Source: Lingula anatina
Lineage: Eukaryota; Animalia; Brachiopoda
Reading direction: 5' to 3'
Length of the DNA: 64,000 nucleotides
Assembly: GCA_051362555.1 (NCBI GenBank)
Contig: JBPQGU010000016.1
Coordinates: 5,704,001 to 5,768,000 of the forward strand
Positions 13,735 through 27,349 of the stretch are shown one piece after another (positions within the stretch are counted from its first letter, which is position 1; each line of letters begins with the position of its first letter). The notes under the pieces are model-generated. The model worked only from the letters and a program-made list of their open reading frames with translations. It had not been told where the DNA came from and did no database searches. Both the position numbers and the translations under genes were made by a program.

Positions 13735-13951
13735 GGCTGTATTCCCAGAGCTTTTAGATCGATCTATCCCCGCGGGGAGCCTCACTAGATTACTGTCAGG
13801 TAATCCGGCTTAAATGTCCGTCCCGCCTACTACAAGCTGCAGTAAGGGGGTAATTAACTTTCGTGTCTGCCGGCTGACAGCTATTTAGCGTGAACCCCCA
13901 GGGAGTTAGGTCGATCTTAAGTAGATCGATCTAATCTCTGGAAATGGGGTC
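13735..13951 (+). mobile_element. Tourist-like MITE, family A
   Basis: Ends GGCTGTATTCCCAGAG..TAGATCGATCTA / TAGATCGATCTAATCTCTGGAAATGGGGTC; TAT TSD (13732-13734, 13952-13954); nearly identical to 27135-27349. Confidence 0.85.
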
Positions 13952-14410
13952 TATATGTAAGATCATATTCTGTTTTTATTTATCAACTTATTTTGAAGTA
14001 AGATTAAGAAATGTGGTCTTGTATAGATATGTTATATATAGCTTATCCTTAGATCTGAACATTCTCGCCAGATCATGCACATCTTTCATACTATATGGTG
14101 GCATTTGAAATGTCAATATTCATCTTTAAAGGTATACATATGTGTTCAGCAATGTCCTAAAGTCATTTTCTCTGTCTGCCACAATACATATCCTGAAATT
14201 AGCTACTCATATTTCCCACTTCAAACTAAAAAAAGCCCCTTAAATAAAAGTAACTGGTATTAATAGTTTCTCCTGTTCATTCATTTATATACCGGTAGAT
14301 TTAAATTATTTAATTATTTATTATTCAATTTGGTTGGAAAATCTTGGAGAGAAAGCTACACCACATCAGGGGGACTGGGTCTCTTGTTCTTGACATCGGT
14401 CATGGTTTAA

Positions 14411-15119
14411 GGATATTGTAACCTTTTATTATCATCCAGATACCAAAAATGTGGTTTTTCTTTTATCTAATTATTCAATAATACATCTATCTTTGTGCTT
14501 ATTTAAAACAATAAAAAACCCTCATGAATATAAAATATCGCAGTTTATATGTCTTGTTGTAATGTATAAGCATAGGCCACTCAAAGCTTTAATCATCAGT
14601 TTAACACCTCTTTTGAGATAAAATAGCAAAAGGTATGGGGCATAAGTTCATCCCTGAACAAGATTTTATCGCGGAAATTGGCAGAGTTGACCACAAGTGT
14701 ATGGGCTACAATCCCATGCTATCATTTTGGTTTAAATGTTTTTGTTATGGAGTTGTAAGCCCCTAATTACAGATTTTCATTAAACAAGGGCATTATTTTG
14801 CTTAATCAAGGATAAAATCTTAATTAAGACTTTTAAGAAAAATTGCTGGCTGAGATTTGGAGTACGAAATGTTGTCATTAAATCGGTGTTGAAACAATGA
14901 TCTTGGGTGCTCAGGTTAACGACAAATTTGAGTAACCAATTTTACATTTTATAGATTTTATAGATTTTTTCCCGAAATCGCAATTTTGACGTCACCCGTA
15001 AGATGACATGTGTAAATGTTAATTAATTTAGTCGCTGATCACTGAAGATTTATCTATTACCCAAAAGTATGTATGTAAGGCAGTAAATAAGTAGTTTTGG
15101 GCAAAGGGTGACAATATCC
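14411..15119. mobile_element. Kolobok-like MITE (709 bp)
   Basis: TTAA TSD (14407-14410, 15120-15123); TIRs GGATATTGTAACCTTTT / AAAGGGTGACAATATCC (15 of 17 match). Confidence 0.75.
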
Positions 15120-16758
15120 TTAAGTCAAATACACCCCTCTTTAGCAACGTTTATATGTCATCCACTTCTTCATTACACTTGTGTATATCACATCCACCTG
15201 GCTGCCTCCATGTGTATCTTTTTATGTACATATCTCCGATGTCCCGAGAGTCGCCCTAAGGTCTTGTCATTATTGCATTATCAGATTAACGGGTCGGCAG
15301 ACAGGTGAGACTCACACTGCTGTGAAAACATTACTTTGCGTAGTGTTTATGACACCTATTTGGAAAAATAAAGGAATGAAAGCATTGTTGACACATTGTG
15401 ACACATCAGTATTGAATGAAAACAGCAGTAAAAAGGTAAAGGGGCGCTGTCTTGAAAAAAATTTACAAAACCAATTTTGCGAGACATATATGGAAAAAAT
15501 ATATTTAACAGATAAAGTTTTACTAAAAGAGTTAATTTGTTCCTCAAATTATGCTTTAAGTTCAAGATTTGTTAGGTAAAAATGTCAGTTTTGGTATCAG
15601 GATCTTTTCATATCTAGAGAAACTTTCAATATAAGTCATGTGACTTATGTAGCTATTGAAATACAGGACTACAAAATGGTACATTGTATTATTATTTTTT
15701 CTCTGAATGTCTGTATATATTCTAATACATTTACCTATCACTGTTGCCATCATTATCTTTGACACACCTGTTAATCATCCTATAACAGCCAAACCATATT
15801 TTAATTTTCCTATAAGTTATTCATGTTTGGTAGAAGGGCAAGTTGCTTTCAAAAATCAGCACTATTTAACTATTTTTTCTTTTGGAAATCAGCATGATTA
15901 TGTGTTTGTTTATATTAAAGTGGAGCAGTGGGAGCTGACTGTCTGTTCAGAGTCTACATACATGTATATACAAGCTTTGCTATCTAGTTTTTTATAGGTG
16001 TCATTGCTCAAGATTATACCAGCAAAAGTGTAGATTAACCATTTCTACATCGTTTTTTGCCTTAAGAACAAAAGACTTACAGGTAATTTCCAAAAAAATT
16101 TCTGCACAATAAAAGAAAATTTCGAAACTGTATCTCTAATGGTTAATAAATTAAGTTTGGGGGGCACATTTCATTAAAAAAGGACACTCCCACAAAAATC
16201 TAAAATGTACAGAACATTGAGCATCTTACTTAAATTTACAATTGAGGTGGCATATCAATAGACTTTTCAAAAACATTTGGTGTTTAAGGTGTATCCAGTT
16301 GTCTTTTCTTAAGCCCATGTTCCTACCCATGTTTGTGATCATCTCATTTGACATTGTCATTGATTTAGATATTGACTTCCTCAATTTATATCACTGATCA
16401 ATATCCCTACCAATTTATTGTGAAAAAAGAAGAAATTATATAGTCTCTGATTTACTTGCTTTAATGCTGGTATTAACTACAATCAGTAAAGAAGATTTCT
16501 ACCTTCTCTGTGTCTGGTTTGTTTCCGCAATATAATTTAACCTTCAAGATGACATTTATTTCTTTCCTCTGATAACCTCTATCTCTCTCTGAACCCCTCT
16601 TCAAACCTCAGTGGTCCCTCTAATATAAATCCTGCCTCATGTGGTACCATACTTCTTTCTTCTTTTGATTTCTTCTGATGTTCTCAAACTTCTTTCTTTG
16701 CAGCAATCACCACATTTGCAGTTGCAAATTAGGTTAATTTCCATGGGTCTTACTCTTA

Positions 16759-16955
16759 GGGCGCATTCCCATAGATTTTAGATCGATCTCACTAGATTAA
16801 TGTCAGATAATCCGGCTTAAATGTCCACCCCACCTACTACAAGCTGTAAGGGGGTAATTAACTTTTGTGCCCGCTCAGCTGACAGCTATTTAGTGTGAAC
16901 CCTCAGGGAGTTAGGTCAATCTAGTTGGATCGATCTAATCTCTGGGAATGGGGTT
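16759..16955 (+). mobile_element. Tourist-like MITE, family A (short internal deletion)
   Basis: Family A sequence; TTA TSD at 16756-16758 and 16956-16958. Confidence 0.8.
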
Positions 16956-18659
16956 TTAGTGGTCATGTTGGCATTGCCATGTTATTTTAGATTGCTTAAG
17001 GATACAAATTTGGTATTTTAGCTCTTTTTAACAGACAGTTTCTGAGGAGAGAAAGAATTTAGTGCATGATACATGTAGTTTCCACTGAATCACAGTCTAC
17101 AAATATTGTTTTTAAGGGAATTAGAAAATTTTGTGTACATTTTACCTTGTAGTGCCATGTGTGCTCTTGGAGTACAAATGTAGTGTACGAGTTCTTTCTT
17201 TAAAAAGATTAAAGCACTGTTTTGCCTTAAACGCTTTCTGATGATTCAAATGTATATGGAGTCTGGAGATCAGTTCAGAAATAAGGAACATCCATAACTA
17301 GAGAGTTATTTTCCTTTTTCCTTTTTTATTCTTTTTTCAAATTTCACATCCATGATTTGTTCCATAGCAAGGCTCAGATTCCATATCTATCAGGTAACAA
17401 GTGTATCTGAAGAGTTCAAAAGTTTACACCACATACTCACATGCAAACAGTAGGTTCTTGAATTAATTGTCACGATCTCAATTTGAAAATAAAAGGTTTA
17501 GGGTAATATCATCATCTGTTGTCCACAGCTGTGACCACAGGTATCCCATGTTCACATGATCAATACCTTTCTGGTATCAGCAGAGTATTGTATATGGTGT
17601 CTGGGTGGAGAGCATATTAATTACAGAAAATTGTGTTATTGATGACTGAAAGTAGAAAGTAAAAGCCACAATTAGAAAGTTCAAAGGAAGTTCACTGGCA
17701 TCATTTTGATAGCATGAAGACCTTCCTTAGAGAGAATTCTACCTACATGGAGACTTTTCAAGAAATGCTAAAAATTGGTTTCTGTAACCCATCCGAGTTT
17801 TAAAACTTGTTTTGCGGACTCTGTGAAAAACATCAGTCTATTTTTATCCATTGTCACTAGTCAACACAGGTCTTATATTATGCCCTCAGAGTTCAGGGAA
17901 TCAGTGTTTATCTTGGTATATACAGTAGTTAAGTTGGTGCATGTAAGGTCTTGACCTGGGCTTGTTGTAACTTCTTTATGGATCAGATTTAGGGGAGAGC
18001 AGTTGCACACACCATCTTTGACCAGCTTCTGGAAGCCAGTCAGAATTTTTCAAGCGTATTTAGACAGTTCCATTCTGAGTCAGAGTTATCAAATTGATAT
18101 CTCCTGTCAGTCACACATGCAGTTGACATGTGAGTCAGGCCATAGCTGTCACTACAGGCCACACTCAGCTTACTGATAACAATCTACAGGAGGAAGACTA
18201 TCCACAATACATTGATTTTGACAGTTATAACATATACAAAACAAACAGAGTGAAGAAACTGTGATTCTTCACTATAATGGCAGAAGTGGCAAATGATTGT
18301 TGTGCAACATTAACTTTCATTCACTCTACTATTATGTGTGTGCCCAACTTTCATCTTTTTTGTCTTAAATTTGCTAATGTAGTAAAAGACAGGTATTTAT
18401 CTTTGAAGATGTTTAAAAACAACTTGTTGCTTTAACTTACAGTATGTTATAGCGAAGGTTGTGGCACGAGGTCCTGTTGATGGATTAATCATTAACTTTT
18501 ACATATCATTGTAGGTTTTAGATGGGAGATGATTTTTTTGTTTTCAATTAACACATTCTTTTTAAAAATTCATTTCATGGAATTGCCATTTTTAATAAAT
18601 ATTATATATCTTTGTACCAATATACAACATGGATGCTAATAAAATATTTAAACACATTG

Positions 18660-18827
18660 CAGGGGCAGATTTAGGCTATCTTCAGGGTCTTCCAGAAGAT
18701 GGTCAGATTTTCAAGTTTACATTGACAGGTTTCTTTTTATATCTGTCGGAAGATGGTCAAAAATGGAGGATGGATCATCAAAGATAATTTGGAAGACTGT
18801 CAGAAAATATCTCTGGATCTGCCCCTG
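18660..18827. mobile_element. 168-bp MITE with 5-bp TSD (hAT5-like)
   Basis: TIRs CAGGGGCAGATTTAG / CTGGATCTGCCCCTG; CATTG duplicated at 18655-18659 and 18828-18832. Confidence 0.8.
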
Positions 18828-19806
18828 CATTGGTGGGTGAATGGTTTTTCTAGAATCAGTAAATTCTGTTCTTCCCCTGAAGAAATGTTTTTCAAAGCAA
18901 AGGTGTTGTCAATCCAAAATAAATCCCAAATTTCATGAAGTAAACAGCTAACTGTAGACAATATGGACTCTAGCATTTAGTCCATATTTGTTACACACAG
19001 TCAGAACCTGGTAGGCAAGGAAGGAAGATCTATCTTATCCAGATCAGGCATCTAATTGGCAGGCTCACTTGTTGCAAAACCAATTTCCTTGTAATTTATC
19101 AGATTTACAGTTTTGTTATCCTTCAACTGCAGTACATTGTACAATACCAGTACATATTCATATATATCAATCAGATGACTGCTTTGCCATTTTTCTCAGA
19201 TAAATAGACTGTTGTTGTGACGTATCATTTGAAATAAATAAATATTCCAAGAATTGCCAATTTTTATTAGTATATGTATGCATTTACTGTTCACTGTTCT
19301 CAGAAATACCTTGTGAACATGTATTATTTAGGGCAACCTTTTTCACTTTACTTAATAAAACGGTTATTGCTGTTTGCGATTGCAAGTCATGCGTTTGTGA
19401 TCATGAAGGCCTAGTTAAGGACTTAAACAGTAATTTCATTGTGCAAATGTAAAAATAGGTGTCATAGTGCTTTGCTGTATACATCACAAATGATTTGTCC
19501 AGCTTTCATTTAGATCTCTCACCCTTTATATAGAGGTTATTGCACTCAACTTAATAGAACTAAAACTGACAGATAGGTGAAGCCACATGTCCTCATATCC
19601 TGCTTTTTGCAATGTAAATGTATGAAACAACTTAGAAATGGGTAAAACTAAAAACTTCATTTCCATGATTTCTTTGCCATTTGTGTTTATACTCTTTGAT
19701 CCTTTTATTTATACAGTTGCAGGTTTCAAAAAGCAATAACGTTGGAAATAAAAATAATTTGAAAACCCAGCACAGTTTATTGACATATACATCGTATTAT
19801 TAACTG

Positions 19807-20287
19807 TTTTTTTTTTTTTTAAGGTTTATTGTGTTCTTTGCAATATATAAGACATATATTGAATGTATATGTATAAAAGTATAAAGATGTAGTACTAAAA
19901 TAGAGCTTTAAGATAAATTCTAAGTAATAAACCAATAATGAGGTTAAAAATGGTGATTCGTTGTTATTTTCAAAAGCTAAAAGTTAATGGATAGACCTAG
20001 ATCATTGACACGTATATAAACAGTATGGGATAAAAGTGTTTCTATATCTTTTTGTCCGACATTTTGGTAAAACATATCTATAAACATTCCTTAGGTCCTT
20101 TTCTATGACACGAGTGTTAGGTAAAAGATGGTTTAATCTATGTGTACACAGTTTTATCTCCTTAAATAATTTTTTGCATAAGTCAGTACGCCGAGATTTC
20201 AAGGTAGGTAATTCAGTGATGTCCATTGCTTCGTTGTAAGTGAGTTCAGGGTATATAATATGAAGATTATATAATATAATATGAAGA
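19807..20287 (-). mobile_element. 5'-truncated CR1/L2-group LINE (ORF2 C-terminus, 3' UTR, poly(A))
   Basis: ORF 20002-20226 reads LPTLKSRRTDLCKKLF..HRLNHLLP..LPKCRTKRYRNTFIPYC, a typical L2-group ORF2 tail. AATAAA at 19825-19830 (minus strand), poly(A) at 19807-19820, TAACTGTTT duplicated at 19801-19809 and 20288-20296. Confidence 0.85.
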
Positions 20288-21370
20288 TAACTGTTTAACA
20301 GATAGCAATGCAGTGTAGGTTGAAATACATTAAATTATTTCAAATAATTGAATTTAGCTTTTCCCAGAAAGTGCATGAAGAGTTTGCCTGTAATGTTTCC
20401 TATGAGAGGACATGAAATAGAATTAAGAGATAAATAAATCTGTAAATGAAGCCATAAAGCAAATTACTGAAGGCAATTTGGGGGAGAAAATTTGTTTTGA
20501 AAAACCAACATTATATGGAAATTAAGATAGAAGAGAACAGATAGGAAATGGCTGGAGATGTTAATGTGTTGTTTGTTTGATGTATGATGTATATGCAAAA
20601 AGTTCACACTCAAGTCCTACAAATGTATGTAGGTTGATGCTTTATATATAATAAATTGATTCCATAGATCCTGTTTACTTAACAAAGTAATAAATCCCAA
20701 AGGAGGTCATGGAAATGTTTTTAAATTGATGATTCTTTTGAAACAATGCTTTGATCAATTGAATTTCGAAAGCATAAGCTAGAAATCAATATTTCATAAC
20801 AAATGATGAAGCAGAAATGTTTTTTATGCAGCAATTACAGCTACAATAATATTCTGTTCATGATGCTTTAGCAGACGGTACTTATTAACAATTTATAACT
20901 TCTGTTTGTGAATTGCAAATTAGATCACCAAATTTGTGGTCCACTTATATAAATAATGACTGTGCTGTCTGTGCACATCACATTATTGGCTGCAATCAAT
21001 TTTTGAGGTTTTAGTTGGCTTTCGTCTGCGTCCCTCACTGTTAACATACATAATGCTTTTCTTGAACGCAAATTATTTTCATTATGGCAGAGGATATGAG
21101 GAACAATACATTAGAGCTTGCAGAGACTCCAAGCCAAAAAAGGAAAACTTTCTACCCTGATAATGAAAGAGGTACACTTCTTGTATCCACACCAAGGTAC
21201 GGTCAAGTGCCTCAGAAATTAAGGGGGGGGGGGGGGGGATTTAGGGGGTAATTGATATTAATTGCCACTCTCATTGGTGATCCAATTATTGACCACAATT
21301 GATTTCTTTGATGAAGTATTTTTACCATGTAGTGCATAATTTTACTAGCACATATATGATATATAACTTG

Positions 21371-21448
21371 TTGTATTGTATTGTATTGTATTGTATTGTA
21401 TTGTATTGTATTGTATTGTATTGTATTGCATTGCATTGCATTGTATTG
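21371..21448. repeat. (TTGTA)n/(TTGCA)n pentanucleotide microsatellite
   Basis: Directly visible, about 15 units. Confidence 0.95.
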
Positions 21449-24400
21449 TTTTGACAAGTCTTGGGCAAAGTGCAATGTAGAAGAAACACTCTTCACTGTT
21501 ATAACTGCTTCTTTGAAATTTAAAATTGGACCATTAAATTAATCTCATTGTAGCAAGCAAATATTTCATTGGGTGCATCAGTTATGTACCATGAGATTAA
21601 GACCTGATGCCTAGGGCCTTAACTTCTTCATTTGTGTTCATTTTCATATCCATATCTACATGTAGCACATCCTGGTAGGTTCCTTAATTATTGCTGTGAC
21701 CTTCACCAGGAATTGTATTCAAGTTTACATTGCCAATTACAAATACTATTATTACTGTAGCTTATATCTCTGTCTGTATGCAGGGACTTGACTACTCTCA
21801 AATGAGAACTATTGTTAGGGAAGTGCTTATATATTTCTGGCAAAGCAAGGGTATTTTTGGCTCACGAGACCAAAATACATTTTGGAATCTGTCTATGGAC
21901 CATGCTGATGCAAACTATACAAAGAACCTGTATACCTGTCTTAGCCTTGTCAGCATCAAATAAAGTTACCATTATACAAGACTTTCTAATGATAATAATT
22001 CATTTCTCAACTACAGTCAGAACAACCTATATATTTATTCTGGTTTACTTTGTGCTCTAGAAATTATTCATCCTACGTGAACAATTTGTATCAGCCAGTG
22101 GTCATTATGTTTTCAGTTAATTGCACTCTCACTTCCACTAATTTATAAGCTGGAACATTAGGAAATTTGGAAATGAAAAAGCTAGCTGGCACACATTGGA
22201 TCTGAAACTTTGGGTACATTTTTAAAATATACAGTATTAAATAAGTGTGGGTGGATTAGATTTTTTAAAATTTGATTTTAAGATTTCAAAATGAGATCAG
22301 CTTGCCATCGCTTAGCTGGCCCAAGGGATGAGATTGGATGTTCATTAAAACAAAATTATAATTAGAAATTTGAATAAATCACAAACCAAATTTAGAACCT
22401 GAACAGCCTTGTTTCTCAATGAATACGTAAGAAGTTTTGTTGGCTGACAATTCCTGCACATGCACACATGCACACACATACACCCTTGGACACACGGAGA
22501 GGGAGAGAGATGGTATTTACTGAGTGTATCAATTTTGGAATTAAAAAAAGCTTTTAACATAATTTCTTCATTACCACATGAAAAACAACACATTGTTTAT
22601 CTAAAGGTGCACCACTCGTCATTAATACACAACTTCAAAGTGATACCTGGTAAATTGACATTTAGTAGCAATATTCAGCTCTGCGGTTAAATCCACTACA
22701 GCGGAAATGGAAATGGCTTCAAGTTTTTACAGTATGTGTAGGATGTTTTACAGGACTCCCTTTCTGACATGAAGATAGTGGTGATCTTTCAAATCAATTG
22801 CCTAATTTATCTAAATAAAATACCAGATTTCAATTAAAGAAGTAGAGCTGCAGTGTGGGCTGTTGGTCTTTGGATTAATTGTAGAATAAGAAATATGGAG
22901 ATTAGTGTGGCAGACGGCCTCATCCATGTATAATAAATCACGCATCTGTTGGTCTACTAAATCAACTCTTTTCTAAGCAGGCGTGAAAAGAAAAACGATA
23001 CCTTAATGGTTTGTGAAAATGCTCCTAAAGGAAAACTGTCAGTTTTATGAATATGCTTTTATTTGTGTTTGCTATTGAAAATACCTTCAGATTTTTTTCC
23101 ATTATTTATGTACTAATTTGTATGTTAAATCCTTTTTAAAGAAGTAAATAATTATACTTATGTTGAGGAATTGTACTACAAGTGTAGTATAGTTGTCAAG
23201 TTTGGATTATGATGGCTTACCAGTAGATATACATCTGTGTACATGTACAAAAATTGATGATGATTGAATTAGGCAAAATACTAAGAGTGGTCACTTTATG
23301 TGTAGATTTTTTGTGCTGCCAGGAATACAATAGGAGACTTAAAAGACAATCTTTCACAAAATCTTCTAATATTAATTCAGCCTTTTTCACTCCAGCTGCC
23401 TGAATTGTTGACACTGCAGAATAAATAATACTTATAGTCGATCCAGTATTTGTAATATGAAACTAATTTCAGCGTGGAAGTTGTAAAGTAAGTTCCTTTA
23501 TTTGTTCCAAATGGGATCATTATCTTTGTTTTCTCAGTGTGTCATATTCATTAAAGTTTTATTGCTGAAATCACTTCAAACATTTATAATATCATTTTAC
23601 ATTTTTGTCACTGTATCTGAAGTGTCAGTATTAATACATTCAGGGTGTAGAATAACTTCAGTTCATTTTCGCCGTCAGATAACACATGGTCCACTATGAG
23701 CTGTATAATCAAGATTTTTACAAAACAAAAGTGAGCAATATACGTATAACAATGAGGTGACTGTACAAGAGTGGCTGAGTGTCTGCTGTTCAGCCAAAAA
23801 AGTCTGATAATCATAAATCATAATTGCATGTATATGTGCATGTACATACTAGTAGAGTTTAACTTTTAAGTTAAAAAAACAACACAACGGGTGGGCTTTA
23901 AGACATTTATTACTTTACTAGCTATGACTATGTTACAGGGCAATTAAGCAGCAATTATTAATTACCACAAGCTGCATCAAATATAATGAATGCAATTAAA
24001 TGAAAAAAAAATCATTTAAATTTGCAGAGATGAATCAATGAAAAACAAGCAAGTTCATTTGTGTTATTTTAACCAATTAAAGCTCAAGCTCGCTGCCGCT
24101 AGCGCTGCCGAAAGTGAACTCGGTGACAACGGGGATTCCTGCTGTCATATGCGGCAGCCTAGCAGCCTGTCCGTGTGATTTTTAAAAATAAACCTATTCA
24201 CTTTTCAATTGTCCATATTAGCTGTATACTGTAGTATATTAGCTGCCTGTATACCAAAAGATACAAAGATCATGTTGAATTCTTTCACAAGCCTCAGTAA
24301 AATCAATGTAATATATAACAGATGCAGCCTGCCACTCTTTCCGAGCACTTAATGGAAAAATTTGATCGATGGTTGACCTTCCTTTTCTGAACCCGTATAA

Positions 24401-26398
24401 ATATCTCATAAATTTTACAAACCTGATTTCTAAATTCCTTTTGAAAAGCTGCCTTTTAAACCCAAGAAGTTTTGACTACATGTACACGTACTTGCAGTGA
24501 AACCCCTTTAAGTTGCTTATTTTCTGCCCACACCTTCAGCTAAAAACAGCATTGATAAGTACCATGTAGGTGATTGTGTACTTTCTTATGTATAATTGAG
24601 ACTAACAGCTATGGACATCCTGACTGTGCCTTTTTAGGTTTTGGTTATTTGATGTTCAAATGTACTGCAAAAGTTGAGGGCCATTAAAGGGGATAGATAC
24701 GTTTGGTTTTTTCCCATTTGATAATCAGATAATGCAGGATTGAACATTCTCATGTTGTAAGATAATGTTGGTGCACTAAAATACATCAGGTGAATTTGTC
24801 AATTAAGGCTGCTGTTACAGCAGCAATTTTGGAGCAAAAACTGTTATATTGATTTCAAATAGATTTTCCTCTACTGAACAGTTATCAACACCATTCTCAT
24901 GGATATTTAATATCAGCACTAAGTTCTACAATCTGGTGCCCGGAAATTTTCCTGAAAGGCTTACTTCTAATTTTATCAGTAAAGAGGCAAAGTAATACCT
25001 TTGTTTTTCTGGAACATTATGTTGAGGGGTTTGCATCTCCTTAATAACAACAAAATACTTAAAACCAAATTCTGACAACCGGTTGTAGTTCACACTCCAG
25101 TCATTAACCAGACCAATTTTCATGATAATATATTATTTAAGCCTAGATTACATTTGAAATGCGATGTCCGTACAGTGCACATATACTGCCAGTAATACCC
25201 TTTTCATACAGCGTCTGAGTGGAGGTAGACAGTGGCCTTACGAAATCACACGAAATCATACTGTTTTAAGGCTATGTAAAGCAGACATACTTGGTGTAGC
25301 CGTAGCTCCTTACGATTAAAAAAAATCATATCGACAATTTCATCGCTCTGTGCCCATGTTAATGTAATGTAAGCTTTTGGTACAGAGTTATTTTAAAAAC
25401 AAAAACAGTCTCACACCAATTTAAAAAGGAGAAAAGTTGACCCTCAGTGCTGGGCCATCCCCATGTGCAGAAGCTTGTAGGGGGATGAATAAACTGACAA
25501 AATAGTGGAGTTTGTGCTCTAAACATGTTTATTTTATTGCATATATTAAGATATATATTTTACATAAAAGAAACGTAGGGAAAAACTTTTGCCAAATGTA
25601 GGTCTTGGGTATTGATCTTCCTTCCTACTTGTAAGAAGGAGTATCATGCACATCCATTACTGGAAAGCAATGTTGCTGTTTTGTTTCAAACTCTCATCGG
25701 ACTTGAGTGGGGTTTGAATGGGCATAATAAGGGCATAATAAAGGCATGTTTTTCCACCTGAATGTCTGTCATGATAAACTTAAGGCTCTTTGAGGAAGGG
25801 TGAAAAAGCCAAGTCTCATAGATACGTACAGAGAAACCAGCTTGGTCTTTTTAGGAACAATGAATTTTTTGTCATTATCACAAGAGGCCTATTTCACTGC
25901 AATTTTGGGCTTGTGGACACCTTCTCTTCAGTAGTTACATGTATCACCCTACATCTTTATTTTATTTATATTGACAAGAACTTGGTTTACAGAGCTGCTA
26001 AATAACAAGTACATGGTTCTTGTCACTGTACTCAGTAGTAATGCACATGCTTGTTATACTGTATGTTTTCCTTGCTTCTTGCTTGCTTCACACGTCATTC
26101 TGTACATATATTTTTTAAAAGCTTAAAAGCTTAATGATATTTTTAAAGTACATAGTTTTTTATTCTAAAACCTTACATTTGAATTGTCTGTTTAGTCCTT
26201 ATGAATAACTGATAGGCTACCCTATCCCCTATAGTCATGGGTACCACTGAACTGCACCACTCTAGATACCGCCTATCTTTCTCACCAGATGCATACCCAC
26301 CTACGTCAGTAATTCAAGAGTATAAGTATTAGAGGTCCCTCAGAATGAGTGAGGTTGCCCTAGCTAGGTCAACCTAATTCTTTGTTAATGATCCCTAA

Positions 26399-26715
26399 GG
26401 ACCCCATTCCCATCAGGACACCATAGGTCTGTGTGGATTGACCCAACTCGATCTGCTAGGACTCTTGCTGAGTGCAATCAGCTTAACTGAATGCCATGCC
26501 TCCTCTTGTTTCCAATGTACTAGTACTTGTATACTTCTACTATTTTCTACATAATGCCAGGAGGAGGCATGTCAATCTGTTAAACTGATTGCATTCAAAA
26601 AAATCCCCAAAGAATTATAGGTCTCACTAGCTACAAATGTAGGTCAACCTAATTCGTTCTGAATGGCCCTTTAGTCAAAGCATCATTGGGCCCAGATTTA
26701 TTGGGAATGGCACTG
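26399..26715. mobile_element. Diverged Tourist-like MITE, family C
   Basis: TAA-GGACCCCATTCCC ... GGGAATGGCACTG-TAA; internal blocks (GGACTCTTGCTGA.TGCA.TCAG, GGAGGCATGT) shared with 36713-36956. Confidence 0.55.
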
Positions 26716-26956
26716 TAAAATAGTCATTTGGGTATCCATGGCCATTTGAATGTACTTCTTTCAAAATATATAGAATCCATTAGCCATCTGAACATAAATG
26801 ATAAGGGCCAATTGTTCTCTCAACAGGGTCTTGATCTGTGCTAGCCTCATGAAAGTGAGGTTAATAGTGTCAAATCCTTCAGGAAAAATTACAGATGCTG
26901 TCCATAATTGGCTTTACAGCTCTAATAATGGATGACTTTCTGAGTCAGTAGCCTAA

Positions 26957-27131
26957 GGCCCCATTCAGAATAGGGGACTAACTAGTCAGAGGATCAAAGA
27001 TGGCCGACCCACTTGAATACTTTCCCATCGGATATCTATTCAGTGTCTATCAGCGGATTAGACGGGAAGCTTTGTAGTGGGTTGCCATATTTTACCCTCA
27101 GACTAGTTAGTCCCCCAGTCTGAATGGAGCC
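26957..27131. mobile_element. Tourist-like MITE, family D
   Basis: TIRs GGCCCCATTCAGAATAGGGGACTAACTAGTC / GACTAGTTAGTCCCCCAGTCTGAATGGAGCC; TAA TSD (26954-26956, 27132-27134); the same left end recurs at about 5398. Confidence 0.8.
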
Positions 27132-27134
27132 TAA

Positions 27135-27349
27135 GGCTGTATTCCCAGAGCTTTTAGATCGATCTATCCCCGCGGGGAGTGTCACTAGATTACTGTCAGA
27201 TAATCCGGCTTAAATGTCCGTCCCGCCTACTACAAGCTGTAAACGGGTAATTAACTTTCGTGTCCGCCCGGCTGACAGCTATTTAGCGTGAACCCCCAGG
27301 GAGTTAGGTCGATCTAAAGTAGATCGATCTAATCTCTGGAAATGGGGTC
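27135..27349 (+). mobile_element. Tourist-like MITE, family A
   Basis: Family A sequence; TAA TSD (27132-27134, 27350-27352). Confidence 0.85.

Noticed and set aside
15998-16082. AG...GT bounded candidate exon; also a 15-nt candidate at 23473-23487
   Set aside because: Splice-like signals only; translations unrecognisable and such matches are expected by chance.
21212-21496. ORF with QYNTI repeats
   Set aside because: Translation of the (TTGTA)n microsatellite.
24684-25425. TTAAAGGGG-starting, CpG-richer segment, possibly another Kolobok-like element
   Set aside because: No convincing right TIR.
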